Below, piece by piece: positions 45,836 to 56,402 of a stretch of DNA of 64,000 bases (position 1 is the first letter of the stretch; each line of letters opens with the position of its first letter). The DNA is from Tetramitus jugosus (taxonomy: Eukaryota; Protista; Heterolobosea), in the NCBI GenBank assembly GCA_937625935.1, contig OW569368.1, positions 310,001 to 374,000 on the forward strand, in the 5' to 3' direction. A program made the translations under genes and the position numbers. The notes under the pieces are model-generated. The model saw only the letters and a list, made by a program, of their open reading frames with translations. It was not told the origin of the DNA and searched no databases.

Positions 45836-47362
45836 CTAAACAAACGATAACTTAAGATTACCACTGTTAGAAATGTATTCCAGTACGTTTTCTGAAGTTT
45901 GATTGGACCTTGCCTCGATGATTCCTTTCTTTTCCATCTTTGAGTCGAGAAAGTAATGGATATCACCAGCAACCAGAGAGTCATTGACACCAGCGCTTCC
46001 GACAGTGCTTGTTATTCTCAAGTCGAATGCTCCAGCCCAAAATCTATCTACCTCAATGTTGACATCGCCTTGGTATACTGTGACACCCCGAAACACCGAT
46101 CCAGAATAATTAGAAACAAAAACGGATCCATGTGATGTTTCGACTTGCATTTCAGGTGGTCCTGCATCACCAATAAAACTATCACTAAACAATATCAATG
46201 GAGCATCCAAGATGGCCAACCGTGTATTGTTCACATAAATATTGCCCTTCACGGTACGTAATCGCACATCTTGACTCGACCGAACATCATTTAAATACAC
46301 ATTACCCTTGCCAGCTTTCACAACCAATGATCCATCCATGATCGCAGATTGTTCCATTATCATCTCGGTATCCTGATCAAAGGATTGTGACACTTCTGGC
46401 GATGTAAAATTATGAACATAAATATTGCCATAGGTCGATTCCAAATCGACGAGCGTCGATCCCACATTTCTCATCCGTATATCACCACTGCTCGTGTACG
46501 CATTCACTCGTCTCAACACGTGACTCAACTTTTGTGGCACAATTACTTGAATAAACGTTTCGGGACATCCAAAATAAAAACTGGAAAAGTAGCCCACAGT
46601 CACTGTGAGTGTATCGCCCAAAAAGTTGATATTGGATCGAATCTTGTTCACATATCGTTCATCCGGAGAGGTCATATTGATCTTGACAATGACTTTTTGT
46701 GGATCCATGAACAGACCATCACCATCACCACCATCATCATCATCATCCGTGTCTTGCCACAATCGAATCTCAATGTCACCAGCAATCGAATTAATGTTCA
46801 AATTGGAGATGAAACGTGAGTCATACTGCTTCACCATTGTTTTAAAAGAGCGGTTGGTGCCAATTTTACAACGATAGTGAACAGTGAAGAACATGGTGAT
46901 TAGGAAGAGAATGGGCATGAAACAAAGGAGACAGGAGAGAATGATGAGAATCTTGGAGCGTTTGAGACGCTTTTTGCGAGCCAATATGGTTTCATTGACC
47001 TTGTGAGTCAAGTGGAGTGATTGGTTGTAGTGGTAGAGCTCTTGTGATGCACTCTTGTTGGATAGTGTTTGTGCTGTTGTTGTTGTTGACGATGATGAGA
47101 GTGGAGTGGTTGGTGAGTAGGGCGAGTAGGATGGAGAGCTAGTCGCAATGGATGCGATGGGTGTCGATGCTGACAATTGCTGAACATTTCCAGAGTGAAA
47201 GCTTTCATTGCCACTGCTACTGCCGTAGTGGGCTCGAAGGGGTTGTATTTGGCGCGCTTTTCGTTTCACATTGTAAAGTTTTGGATTCTCCGAAAGGAGG
47301 GAAGTGTATTCGGAGATGTCATCGATGGGGTCTTCTGATTCTGGAAATATGTAGTGATCCAT
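45836..47362 (-). CDS. Type II membrane protein with DUF4097/putative-adhesin beta-repeats
   Basis: One TM (ILIILSCLLCFMPILFLITMFFTV), then repeats SIAGDI, TSSGDI, STYGNI, AGKGNV, TVKGNI, TSHGSV, VYQGDV, SNSGNL. Confidence 0.7.
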   Translation of the reverse strand: MDHYIFPESEDPIDDISEYTSLLSENPKLYNVKRKARQIQPLRAHYGSSSGNESFHSGNVQQLSASTPIASIATSSPSYSPYSPTTPLSSSSTTTTAQTLSNKSASQELYHYNQSLHLTHKVNETILARKKRLKRSKILIILSCLLCFMPILFLITMFFTVHYRCKIGTNRSFKTMVKQYDSRFISNLNINSIAGDIEIRLWQDTDDDDDGGDGDGLFMDPQKVIVKINMTSPDERYVNKIRSNINFLGDTLTVTVGYFSSFYFGCPETFIQVIVPQKLSHVLRRVNAYTSSGDIRMRNVGSTLVDLESTYGNIYVHNFTSPEVSQSFDQDTEMIMEQSAIMDGSLVVKAGKGNVYLNDVRSSQDVRLRTVKGNIYVNNTRLAILDAPLILFSDSFIGDAGPPEMQVETSHGSVFVSNYSGSVFRGVTVYQGDVNIEVDRFWAGAFDLRITSTVGSAGVNDSLVAGDIHYFLDSKMEKKGIIEARSNQTSENVLEYISNSGNLKLSFV

Positions 47363-47606
47363 TCATGAAGGAGGTTGAATATATCACTCACACAATGTTC
47401 TTTATGGTCTGCTTGGATTGTCCCAATCTTGTTTTTTGGCGCCACAAAACAAAGTGAATTTTTCCGCCCTCCAATTTGACCTTTTCGAGATGCGGGATAT
47501 TTTTGTTTCTGAATACAAAAATAGGCAATTTTCATTGAAACTGAGCTGATAAGTTGCATCTAGAACGAAGAGTCAACACCAAAGTTTTGCGTTTACTTGA
47601 CTAGAC

Positions 47607-48809
47607 ATGGAAGAATTAACATTGATCGATCTTCTCACTAATGACGAGTGGTGCACCATATTTGACTTTCTCCAACCAAGAGACTTTCTCTGCATAAGTT
47701 TAGTCAACCGAAAATTTCATTGTTTGATATTCAACAGAGACAATCACTACTATGTCTGGAGGAGAACTATTTCTCACTATCGAGGAGCATTTATCAAGGA
47801 TAAACTGACTGGCACGGTTCTCTCTGCGAGCAACGTCAAGAAACAACCACCATCTTCTCTATTGTATACAAGAAAGAATTATTGTGCATCATTTGAGGAT
47901 CATTTGTACAAGAGGGTTCAAGAACTGACATTTGATTGGAGTATTAGAAAGGATGGAGCAGTCAACTCACTGTTTCATCCTTACAGTGCACTGGAGGAGG
48001 CATTCAGAGAACACACACTTCATTTTGATTCATCAACCATGGATCACAACAGAGATTTGTTGAAACAGCTCAAGGGACAGAGTTTGGTTTCAATGCACTC
48101 TAGACGAGTCAAGAACGAATTTGATTCTCACCGTAGCAAATGGGAAACTGTTCATGCCAATATTCAGTGCACTCCTGGTAAAGTGTACGAGTGGAGTGTC
48201 GTTCTGGACTATTACAATCCCAATCAAAATTCCAATTTTTGGGTTGTCATACTGGGCGTGCAAGATGAAAATCTTCAATTCCAGAGGATCAATGACCAAG
48301 TGTTTGGAGATTGGCTAGCTCGAAGCGGCAATGGTCTGGGCTATATTTTGCACTGCAGAGAGTGGATCTCAGGGAACATGTCATACAGTTATCCTAAAAC
48401 GAACAAGAAGTGTGTGATTAAGACTGGAGATGTGTTCTCTTTTAGATTAGACATGGTTAATTCGAGTGAGAAACAGGATGAGTTAATTTCAGAAATCCTG
48501 AGCTCAAAATCACAACCACTGTATACCTTACAGGATATACAAACTGAACTTAAGGAGTACATCAAACAGAGGCCAGAGTTGAATAGTTTAGGAGGTTCAT
48601 TGGAGATGTTCTATAATGGGGAACCAATGCTGGATGAACCAATCATGGGAATCATGGGTCAGAAATTATGGCCCACCATTTCTATTGTAGATCAACAAGA
48701 AGTATCGATATGGCCTGGAATTTTATCTCCTACAGAAGAGAAAAAGAGGAGAAATGGAGAAGGAGCAATCGGTCAACCATCTACTCCTTCAAAATCCGAC
48801 CTCCATTGA
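47607..48809 (+). CDS. F-box protein with SPRY-like domain
   Basis: N-terminal LLTNDEWCTIFDFLQPRDFLCISLVNRKFH; GKVYEWSV, ILGV, TGDVFSFRLDM, FYNGE, LWPTIS. Confidence 0.8.
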   Translation: MEELTLIDLLTNDEWCTIFDFLQPRDFLCISLVNRKFHCLIFNRDNHYYVWRRTISHYRGAFIKDKLTGTVLSASNVKKQPPSSLLYTRKNYCASFEDHLYKRVQELTFDWSIRKDGAVNSLFHPYSALEEAFREHTLHFDSSTMDHNRDLLKQLKGQSLVSMHSRRVKNEFDSHRSKWETVHANIQCTPGKVYEWSVVLDYYNPNQNSNFWVVILGVQDENLQFQRINDQVFGDWLARSGNGLGYILHCREWISGNMSYSYPKTNKKCVIKTGDVFSFRLDMVNSSEKQDELISEILSSKSQPLYTLQDIQTELKEYIKQRPELNSLGGSLEMFYNGEPMLDEPIMGIMGQKLWPTISIVDQQEVSIWPGILSPTEEKKRRNGEGAIGQPSTPSKSDLH

Positions 48810-48853
48810 ATGATGGCTAAATTCGCCCAACACACACATAACAAAACTCCCTA

Positions 48854-48928
48854 CTGTAAATAAGCTGATCCGGATCTCGGATGACGGGCCAGATCGTTTC
48901 TTTTTTCTGCTCGGAATTCCTAAAAATT
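48854..48928 (+). repeat. Duplicated upstream element, copy 1 (with palindrome GATCCGGATC)
   Basis: CTGTAAATA..TGATCCGGATCTnnGATGACGG..CCAGATC..TTTTTCTG..CCTAAAAATT is shared with 49718-49806. Confidence 0.8.
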
Positions 48929-49020
48929 GCTCGGGTCGTAATTAATTTGTTATAAACCTGTTACCTTTTGATTGATTTCCTTCACATTAAAAAACCCAAC
49001 AAACCCTTAACGAATTAACA

Positions 49021-49659
49021 ATGGACTTCAAGACTATCCTATTCCCCCTAATTCTGATTTCAGCGGTCACATTACTGACGTTCCCATCGCTTGTTTTCTC
49101 TCAGGATGGAACCTGTTCTGCTGGTAGTTCTTGTCCCGCAGGACAAGGAAGAGTTCAGAAGCAAAATTATGTCATTACCTCGAATGGCTGTGGTCCATCC
49201 CTCCTAAATCTGGATGATGTGGTTCCAGAGTACAGATTTGGAAATTGTTGTGATTCTCACGATCGCTGTTGGTCCAACTGTTCAGTCACGAAGGAAGCTT
49301 GTGATGAAGAGTTTTTCCAATGTATGAACGATAAATGCGATGAGTTGAGTGGAAATGGAATCATTGATCGAATTCGCCACAGAATATGTCTTGGATGGAG
49401 TGAGTGCTATGCTGCAACTGTGTCTCAAGATGCTTTCTGCCCATACTGGGGTACCAGCCAAGACGAGGCTTGTGAATGTGGAGTTGTTACAGAACAGAGG
49501 GTAACGAACACTACCACGTTCAGAAAGAGGAGTGATTTAACATGCCCTCCAAGCTTTGATCAGCTCGATTCTAGTGATTCAGACATCATTTGTCCATCAA
49601 CTCGTAGTATCTTTTTCCTTTCTGTCCTCATCCCTCTCTTGTTTGTCATGAGCATGTAA
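49021..49659 (+). CDS. Group XII-like secreted phospholipase A2, copy 1, with C-terminal hydrophobic (GPI-like) tail
   Basis: Signal peptide; NGCGP Ca loop; CCDSHDRCW; CDEEFFQCM matches the PLA2G12 pattern. Confidence 0.85.
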   Translation: MDFKTILFPLILISAVTLLTFPSLVFSQDGTCSAGSSCPAGQGRVQKQNYVITSNGCGPSLLNLDDVVPEYRFGNCCDSHDRCWSNCSVTKEACDEEFFQCMNDKCDELSGNGIIDRIRHRICLGWSECYAATVSQDAFCPYWGTSQDEACECGVVTEQRVTNTTTFRKRSDLTCPPSFDQLDSSDSDIICPSTRSIFFLSVLIPLLFVMSM

Positions 49660-49717
49660 AAGGTATTTCTTCGAATAAAATTTGATCTGAATTCTCTGAT
49701 CTGGACAACATGCCCAA

Positions 49718-49806
49718 CTGTAAATACACTGTTGATTGATCCGGATCTTAGATGACGGTTCTTACCAGATCCTGTTTCCTTTTTCTGTGTTGCTTGCCTA
49801 AAAATT
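49718..49806 (+). repeat. Duplicated upstream element, copy 2
   Basis: See 48854-48928. Confidence 0.8.
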
Positions 49807-49888
49807 CCTTTGTTTTGTTGTATTTAACAGAATTGTGTGAACCATTAACACCTCAAACAAAATCTAACAAGCTATTCACAGTTTTAAT

Positions 49889-50524
49889 ATGAAGTTCAAG
49901 ACTGCATTCTTACCTATGATTCTTATTTCAGTTGTCATTCTACTGGTGTGTCCTTTGGTTGTTTTCTCTCAGGATTTGACCTGTACGAGTGGTCTTTCTT
50001 GTCCTGCAGGGCAAGGAAAAGTTCAAAAGCCCAATTTTGTCGTCACGGTCAATGGGTGTGGCCCTGCTATCCTGAATCTTGACAACGTGATTCCAGAGTT
50101 CAAATTTGGAGCTTGTTGTGACGGTCATGATCGCTGTTGGTCCAACTGTTCAGTCACAAAGGAAGCTTGTGACGAAGAGTTTTTCCAATGTATGAACGAT
50201 AAATGCGATGAGTTGAGTGGAAATGGAATCATTAATCGAATTCGTCACAGAATATGTCTTGGATGGAGTGAGTGTTATGCCTCAGTTGTATCTCAAGTTG
50301 CCTTTTGTCCATTGTGGAGTGTCAGCCAAGATAAAGCCTGTGAATGTGGAGTCGTCACAGAACAGAGGGTAACGAACACTACCACGTTCAGAAAGAGGAA
50401 TCTTACGTGTCCTCCAAGTCTAGCCCAACTACTGGGCTCAAGTCCAGGTATCCTTTGCCCATCTATCCCACGTCTCTTTTTCATTTCTCTCCTGATCCTT
50501 GTCTTCTCAGTCATTCTCATGTGA
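49889..50524 (+). CDS. Group XII-like secreted phospholipase A2, copy 2 (tandem paralogue)
   Basis: Same motifs as copy 1 (CCDGHDRCW, CDEEFFQCM). Confidence 0.85.
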   Translation: MKFKTAFLPMILISVVILLVCPLVVFSQDLTCTSGLSCPAGQGKVQKPNFVVTVNGCGPAILNLDNVIPEFKFGACCDGHDRCWSNCSVTKEACDEEFFQCMNDKCDELSGNGIINRIRHRICLGWSECYASVVSQVAFCPLWSVSQDKACECGVVTEQRVTNTTTFRKRNLTCPPSLAQLLGSSPGILCPSIPRLFFISLLILVFSVILM

Positions 50525-50699
50525 AACTGTATTCCTTCGAATAATATTTGCTCCGAACCAATAAGATTCTTTCTAGAATTAGTTTCAGTTGACTGGGATC
50601 TCGATAAAGAGGAATCTTCGTTTGAGAACTGAACACACAATAGTAACTGCAATAATCCCTAACAAAAACAACGCTAACAACAATAAAGAACCACATACA

Positions 50700-50972
50700 A
50701 TGGAATCGATACGGGAAGCTATCTCCTTCTTGAAAGAGAACATGATTGGAACAGATGATGAAGGATATGATCAGAGTGACCATCCAGAGTACCCATCATC
50801 CAAACATCATCACGAATCCACTCCTACGGATTATGTGATCCCGAAGGCAGATATTTCAGTGTTGATGGAGGAGCTCATGCGTAGTTCTGCGGCAGTAACA
50901 TCCATGTTCTCCACGAACAGTCGGACACACAAGGCTCAAAACAAAGGGGATTACAAGCGATTGGAGGACTGA
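50700..50972 (+). CDS. Small hypothetical protein (90 aa)
   Basis: ATG after a CA-rich leader (CCACATACAATG), similar to other genes in the window. Confidence 0.6.
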   Translation: MESIREAISFLKENMIGTDDEGYDQSDHPEYPSSKHHHESTPTDYVIPKADISVLMEELMRSSAAVTSMFSTNSRTHKAQNKGDYKRLED

Positions 50973-51086
50973 ACTCTCAAGGAAGCTCTGTTGATCCAAT
51001 ATCCCTTGCCTCGATTACATAAATAATCTTTATAACTATATTTTACAAAATCTTCCATTCCCACACTACATGGTACAATAACTGTT

Positions 51087-52151
51087 TCAATCCAAATCAT
51101 CACTTGTCTGATTCAAAGCTTGCTCTGTCTCACCAACAGTAGCAATCTTGGCATTCAACTGCTCCAACAACTCTTCTAGACGCAATATTTTATCATAGTG
51201 GAATGGATTGGACACTGGTCCACCCAAATTTGTTAACAAGACAGATGGGTCTATGTGCTCATGCAAAAATGACTCGAGATTCGAGTCACCTGATCTGAAT
51301 ACGAAATAACGTCTCAAAACATGCTCTGAAATAAACGAGGAAACCACTCTCCACACCAAACTCAACGTCCACGACACATTACAAATAATATTCACATTAA
51401 TCACCTCTGGATAATAATCTCCAAGCTGTTCAAACATGCCTCTCAATTTCTGAACAAGACTAATGCTCAACGGAGCATCTGTCATATCAAAAATCCAAGT
51501 TAGTCTGTGCTGATCCGGTGGTAAATAGTACAGGCACCTCTCAATACCATAAATCAAATAATTGAACTTCAAGATCACATTTTCATCCGAATTATCACTA
51601 ATATTCAAATTTTTAGCATGAATATAGATGATGGGCCTTCCATTACGATCAAATCCATACAAATGAACAAGTGCATTTGGTCCAACATGCTTCAAATCCT
51701 TCATACGTATCTCGTGTGGCTTATACTGCATTCTCCATGTCGTAACTCTCTTTAACACATTATTGGCACTCGTCACGCTCCAATTGTATCCCTCCAGTGC
51801 CCTTAAAATACTCCGATCGTCAAACACATAACGAGTTTGTTGTTCGTCGAGCTCACTCACCCATGCATGGTCACCTGTTGCCTCCTTCAAATTCTTCTTT
51901 ACCATTTCAAACTTTTCAACTTGTTCCGGTGTCAAATGAGAAAACAAATTTCTTTCTTCCTCTACAATTTCGGATACATCATTAGAAGATAATTTTACGG
52001 GAGCACTCTGATGATCAACTTCCTTGTTACTCTTGTTCTTGTCTAAACTTTGACCAGAGATGAACAATCCATAGAGTTCTTGTTCCAGTTGCGAAATTTC
52101 GTTTCGAAGGTCTTCGAGGGAAGTGGGTACTACTTGTTCTTGCTGACTCAT
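51087..52151 (-). CDS. CRAL-TRIO/Sec14 lipid-binding protein (PDR16-like)
   Basis: DRSILRAL....W......LK....WR, GFDRNGRPIIY, WIFDM, DYYPE, NLGG. Confidence 0.88.
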   Translation of the reverse strand: MSQQEQVVPTSLEDLRNEISQLEQELYGLFISGQSLDKNKSNKEVDHQSAPVKLSSNDVSEIVEEERNLFSHLTPEQVEKFEMVKKNLKEATGDHAWVSELDEQQTRYVFDDRSILRALEGYNWSVTSANNVLKRVTTWRMQYKPHEIRMKDLKHVGPNALVHLYGFDRNGRPIIYIHAKNLNISDNSDENVILKFNYLIYGIERCLYYLPPDQHRLTWIFDMTDAPLSISLVQKLRGMFEQLGDYYPEVINVNIICNVSWTLSLVWRVVSSFISEHVLRRYFVFRSGDSNLESFLHEHIDPSVLLTNLGGPVSNPFHYDKILRLEELLEQLNAKIATVGETEQALNQTSDDLD

Positions 52152-52326
52152 ACCTCGGTGGTTCTTTGTCTGATTTCCTTTTGTTGTTCGGAGATTATCT
52201 TTCTCGATAAGATCTTGCAGAAAAAGATCACTCCAAAACGTTGTTTGAAGCCGCGGGGAATTGAGAAATCGGACTGAACAACAAATTTACATTTACAGTT
52301 GGAACCTTTGCTTACTTACTGAATTC

Positions 52327-53528
52327 ATGTCATCTTCTCTGAAGAAGCCTAGTTCTTTCGAGGAAAGGGTATGTATAGATAGTGTACAATCTTAGATTTA
52401 TTAAACCCACTTGATTCTGATGTTAATCAGCAAGAAGTGTAGTTTCGAGATAAGATTTCAGTTGTGAACAAAGATGGGTCTAGAACTAGAAAGGCGGACG
52501 GTGAGGTAGAGTATACTCCTCCTCATATAGATTCTCAGGATTCGAAGCGGCCATTCAAACAGGCTCCCTCGATAGACGATTCAAAGAATAACGCGATGTG
52601 GAACACCAGCAACGATCGTAGAAACATGAAAAAGACGAGTAGAAATGATCAAATTCAGATCAGGGAAGATGAAACTTCCTATGTACCCTCTAAATACGAA
52701 AAACCTGAGTATGCGGCTCGTAACTCCAACCGTACTCAAAAGAAGTTAAATGTTCCACAAGACCACGAAGATTCAGATCATACAGAGCACATTGCAGCTG
52801 ATAGAGTGAAGAATAGGAAGGGAATGAAGTCTACCAGAGCTACAGACAGTGAAGAAGAAATCGAACAATCTTACTCTCAACTCTACAGACAGGAGAAGGA
52901 AATACATGAACCTATTAGAATTGTCCCAAAAAACATTAGAAAAGATCATGTGAATAAGGCTAATGATAAAATAGAAGCAACCTATTCAAAAAAGCCGAGA
53001 GAAATATCTTACAAACCCCACACGATTGATGAGTACAAAATGATCAATGTACCGGTAAGGTTGGGAGGTTTGGGTCCAGATCTCCAGAACGAAGAACTGC
53101 GAGTAAAACAAGAGAAGCGACAGAAAATGATGGAGTATTCGAGAGATATAGCTATGTCGAACTATTCAAAACTAAGAACAGTACAATCAAAGAGTCCTCA
53201 ATCAGAAAGTGATAGATATATTTCTTCAGCAGATTCTGAGGGTAACACAAGACAGAAACGTCGACCTTCAGAGGGAAAGAAGAAATCTGCGAGGGAGAAA
53301 GCTTTGGATTTCGCTTCCAAAATACCCAAACCTCCTGTCCGCCGGAAGGAGTCTGAAGGAGTTAAACCCTCGTCACTCAGAAGCAAAAATACTGACACAG
53401 ACGACATCTTATCTCTTGATAATGAACCTCAACCGTTGTCAGATTTGGAATTACTAGAACTAAAACACAAAAAAGAAAAGGAATGGCTAGAAAAAGAATT
53501 TGGAGATTTGGACTACTATTCCATCTGA
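52327..53528 (+). CDS. JHY: Jhy (juvenile hydrocephalus) ciliary protein homologue; probable short first exon 52327-52368 (acceptor uncertain, ~52442)
   Basis: SYKPHTIDEYK...VRLGGLGPDL....K.EKRQKMMEYS, SAREKALDFASKIPKP, LELLELKHKKEK. Confidence 0.7.
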
Positions 53529-53631
53529 CATCCGCAAGTTCGGAGAATTCAAACATTTACAATCTGCTGGCGCCAATAAATTATGCCCACCTCAAAACAA
53601 GAAGATAAAGAAATCCTTATTCTTTGAAGAT

Positions 53632-55098
53632 ATGACTAATTTGACTCACAAAGACAAGATAGAAGCTTCAGAGAAATCACAGCAAATTCATGACGCCGCG
53701 AGTTCATCCGATGAGTTTTGTCGAGTCCATGTAACCACAGACATTTTCTCTGAAGGAGATATAGCCGTGTACAAGAGAAACCGAACAATGTTGATGAATA
53801 TTCACTCTAAAAAACTTACATCCTTCATACCTGAGAGCAGGGAAGAATTGACGGTGACCGACATGAAGAATGTTAACCTGGGTTATGGTTATGGCATTGT
53901 TGTATCGACATCTGATCCTTCCAAGGATGATACGATTGGCTTGTATCTAAACAGCCAAGTGTTTGACGTGATTCAATTGTTCTGTCGTTCTGATAATGTA
54001 ATCCAAGGGCTGAATTGGAGAACAGGGAGCATTGGTTTCTATTGCACAAGACGAAGCATAATAATATCAAATTCAACGATGAAAACTATGAACATTGACA
54101 AAGGTCAACTTCAAGGAATGACTGTGAAACAACTTCAAAAACAATTTCCTTCCAATAATACGAGAAAAAGGGTTAAAGTTCCCTTGTTTAAGCAAGAAAG
54201 ATCTGCTGTGATGATTCAAAGAGTTTATCGTCGATTCAAGAGCCTATCAAGGTTAAAAAGTAAGTTTGATATCGATGATTTCCTATTAAATGGATTGTTT
54301 AACCCTCAAACCTCTAGAATCTTTGAGAAAATTCAGAGAGTACCTCAATCTGGAAAAGGAGTTCTATACTTCTGAGAAGAAGTATATAGACTATTTGAAC
54401 GTTATAATTGACTTGTATCTAGTACCACTACGACAAATGGTGGGTACAGAAAACGAAATTATTGATTCAAAACAAATCACAAAGATATTTGGTAACAGTA
54501 TGCATCCATTACCTTTTTCTTGTTCTGGTTCTTAACACTAATCCTTCGTTTAGTCGAAACTATTGTAAAGTTGAATCAAGAGTTCTACAAGGAATTGTTA
54601 GAGGCAAAGCGGCACAAAACAAAACATCTGGCTGATGTAATGTTATGGTTTTTGCCCTATTTGAAGATGTACATTACGTTCATCAGTCAATATGAAGACG
54701 CAACGAGGTTAATCAAGTCATTGGCTACTACTGACTCTCAATTTAGAAATCTATTAACCAAAGCTCAGGAAGATCCAAGAAGTTTGGAAGCCGTATCTAG
54801 CAATTCAAAGCCTCTTGGACTGACAGATCTGATGCCGAAGCCATTGCAGAGGATTTTTGCCTACAACAACATGTTGCAGAGAATGGCCGAGATTCTCCCA
54901 AAGGAAGCAAGAGTGTACAACAATGTTGTTCATGTAAAAACAGAAATGGAGAACCATATTATGTGGGTCAACGAAACGAAGAAAACAATTGATCTTCACC
55001 CTAAGTACAATAGTGCTCCTGAAAAGAAGAGAAATTTCTTCAACATCCCTAAGGTTCATGTGGCAGTGGATAAACGAAAACTTACAAAGAATCATTAA
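53632..55098 (+). CDS. IQ motif + Dbl-homology (RhoGEF) protein; exons 53632-54259, 54318-54497, 54554-55098
   Basis: AVMIQRVYRRF; EFYTSEKKYIDYL, KIFGNIETI, LKMYITF, LMPKPLQRIFAY; introns 54260-54317 and 54498-54553 restore the frame. Confidence 0.82.
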
Positions 55099-55208
55099 TT
55101 CTAGCATCCAATAAATACTTTATTATGGTTTGATCGACAGTGGACCGCCACCTTAATTCTAGCAATCCAATAAATACTGGCCTCGATTTTGTCTCATGAG
55201 ATAGTTCC

Positions 55209-55220
55209 TTTCCCGCCAAA
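55209..55220. promoter_or_regulatory. Overlapping E2F-like site TTTCCCGCCAAA
   Basis: Canonical E2F-type core just upstream of the ATG at 55243. Confidence 0.5.
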
Positions 55221-55242
55221 AATCTGAAGAAAAGAGAAACCA

Positions 55243-56402
55243 ATGGGCAAGAGTCAAGATGAGTCAAAAGACTCTCGGAGGTCAAGAAGTAGAAGTCGAG
55301 AAAAGAGCAGGAGCAGGAGCAAATCTCGGGATGCTAGTCCATCCTCTAAATCAGCAGGAAAAATTCGGTCTGCACCATCAGACGAAGAGAGCAGTTACTC
55401 GAAAGAAGAGAGAAGGTCAAAGCGATCATCACGGAGCAAAGAAAGAAGAAGTAGATCGAAGAGTAAGAGGGATAAAACAGAAACGACCGAGCCAGAATCC
55501 AAATTGAAGGAAGATGAAACGAAGAAAGTTCAGAACGACATAGGAGATCGAACGAGATCCATCTATGAAATACATGGTCTAGCTCAAAATTCGCTACTGC
55601 TGCAACAATTTCAACACAATGTTGAGAACATTCAATTCAAAGTGAACACAATGTTAATCCCCAAAAGACAATTAATCATGAATCAAATGATGAGTATCCA
55701 AAGCAAAATCGCTCAAGTAAAGAACATCAAAGAGTCCATTGTATTGGAAACGAGAGAAACAATGGACTCCATCATGTCGCAATTAAACTCGCAGGAGAGC
55801 AGAAAGGTGTCTTCACTCCACTCAGACATGATGGAGCTTCAGGTATGATTTTCAATCTCCTGTGAATCTGAACTTAACTCACTCTTTCTATAGAACCAAC
55901 TCAACGATATTACAAAATTTGTAACAAAAGTAACAAGTATGCTCGAGCTGAAAACAAATGATGGAGATTCTCAAGCTCAATCCTCGAACATTGCGATGCC
56001 AAATACAACAATGATTCAAACCCTTAATTTCTTAAATGCGTTTGATGAACTTCAATATGAATGTGAATACTTATCCAACAAACCATTCAAGAAGGAAATT
56101 GATGTTGAAATTTCTGATTTTGCTCGAGATGTCTATGAGTTCAAAACCAAGGACAGAAGGTAAGTAGTTGTTTCTTGTTTCTTCTAACATGCCTTTTTTA
56201 ACACATGATCGTGCATCATAGTCTAGAAGAACTCAAGAACGTTATCCGGTCTCAGAACGAAATTATTGAACGACTTACGAGAGAGAAGGAAGAAGTTAGA
56301 AGACAGAAAGACGATGAGATCGCACAATTGTATCGCTTGTATCTCTCGACCAAGAGAGAATTATTTGAATGGATATCGATGGTCGATAAGAAAGTCCGGT
56401 GA
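55243..56402 (+). CDS. Hypothetical RS-rich N-terminus plus coiled-coil protein; exons 55243-55842, 55894-56159, 56222-56402
   Basis: Introns 55843-55893 and 56160-56221 are GT-AG and join three ORFs in frame. Confidence 0.72.

Noticed and set aside
54240-54560. Programmed frameshifts between overlapping ORFs (RhoGEF, eIF3b, PARP, RCC1)
   Set aside because: Each is fully explained by a canonical GT-AG intron that restores the frame.
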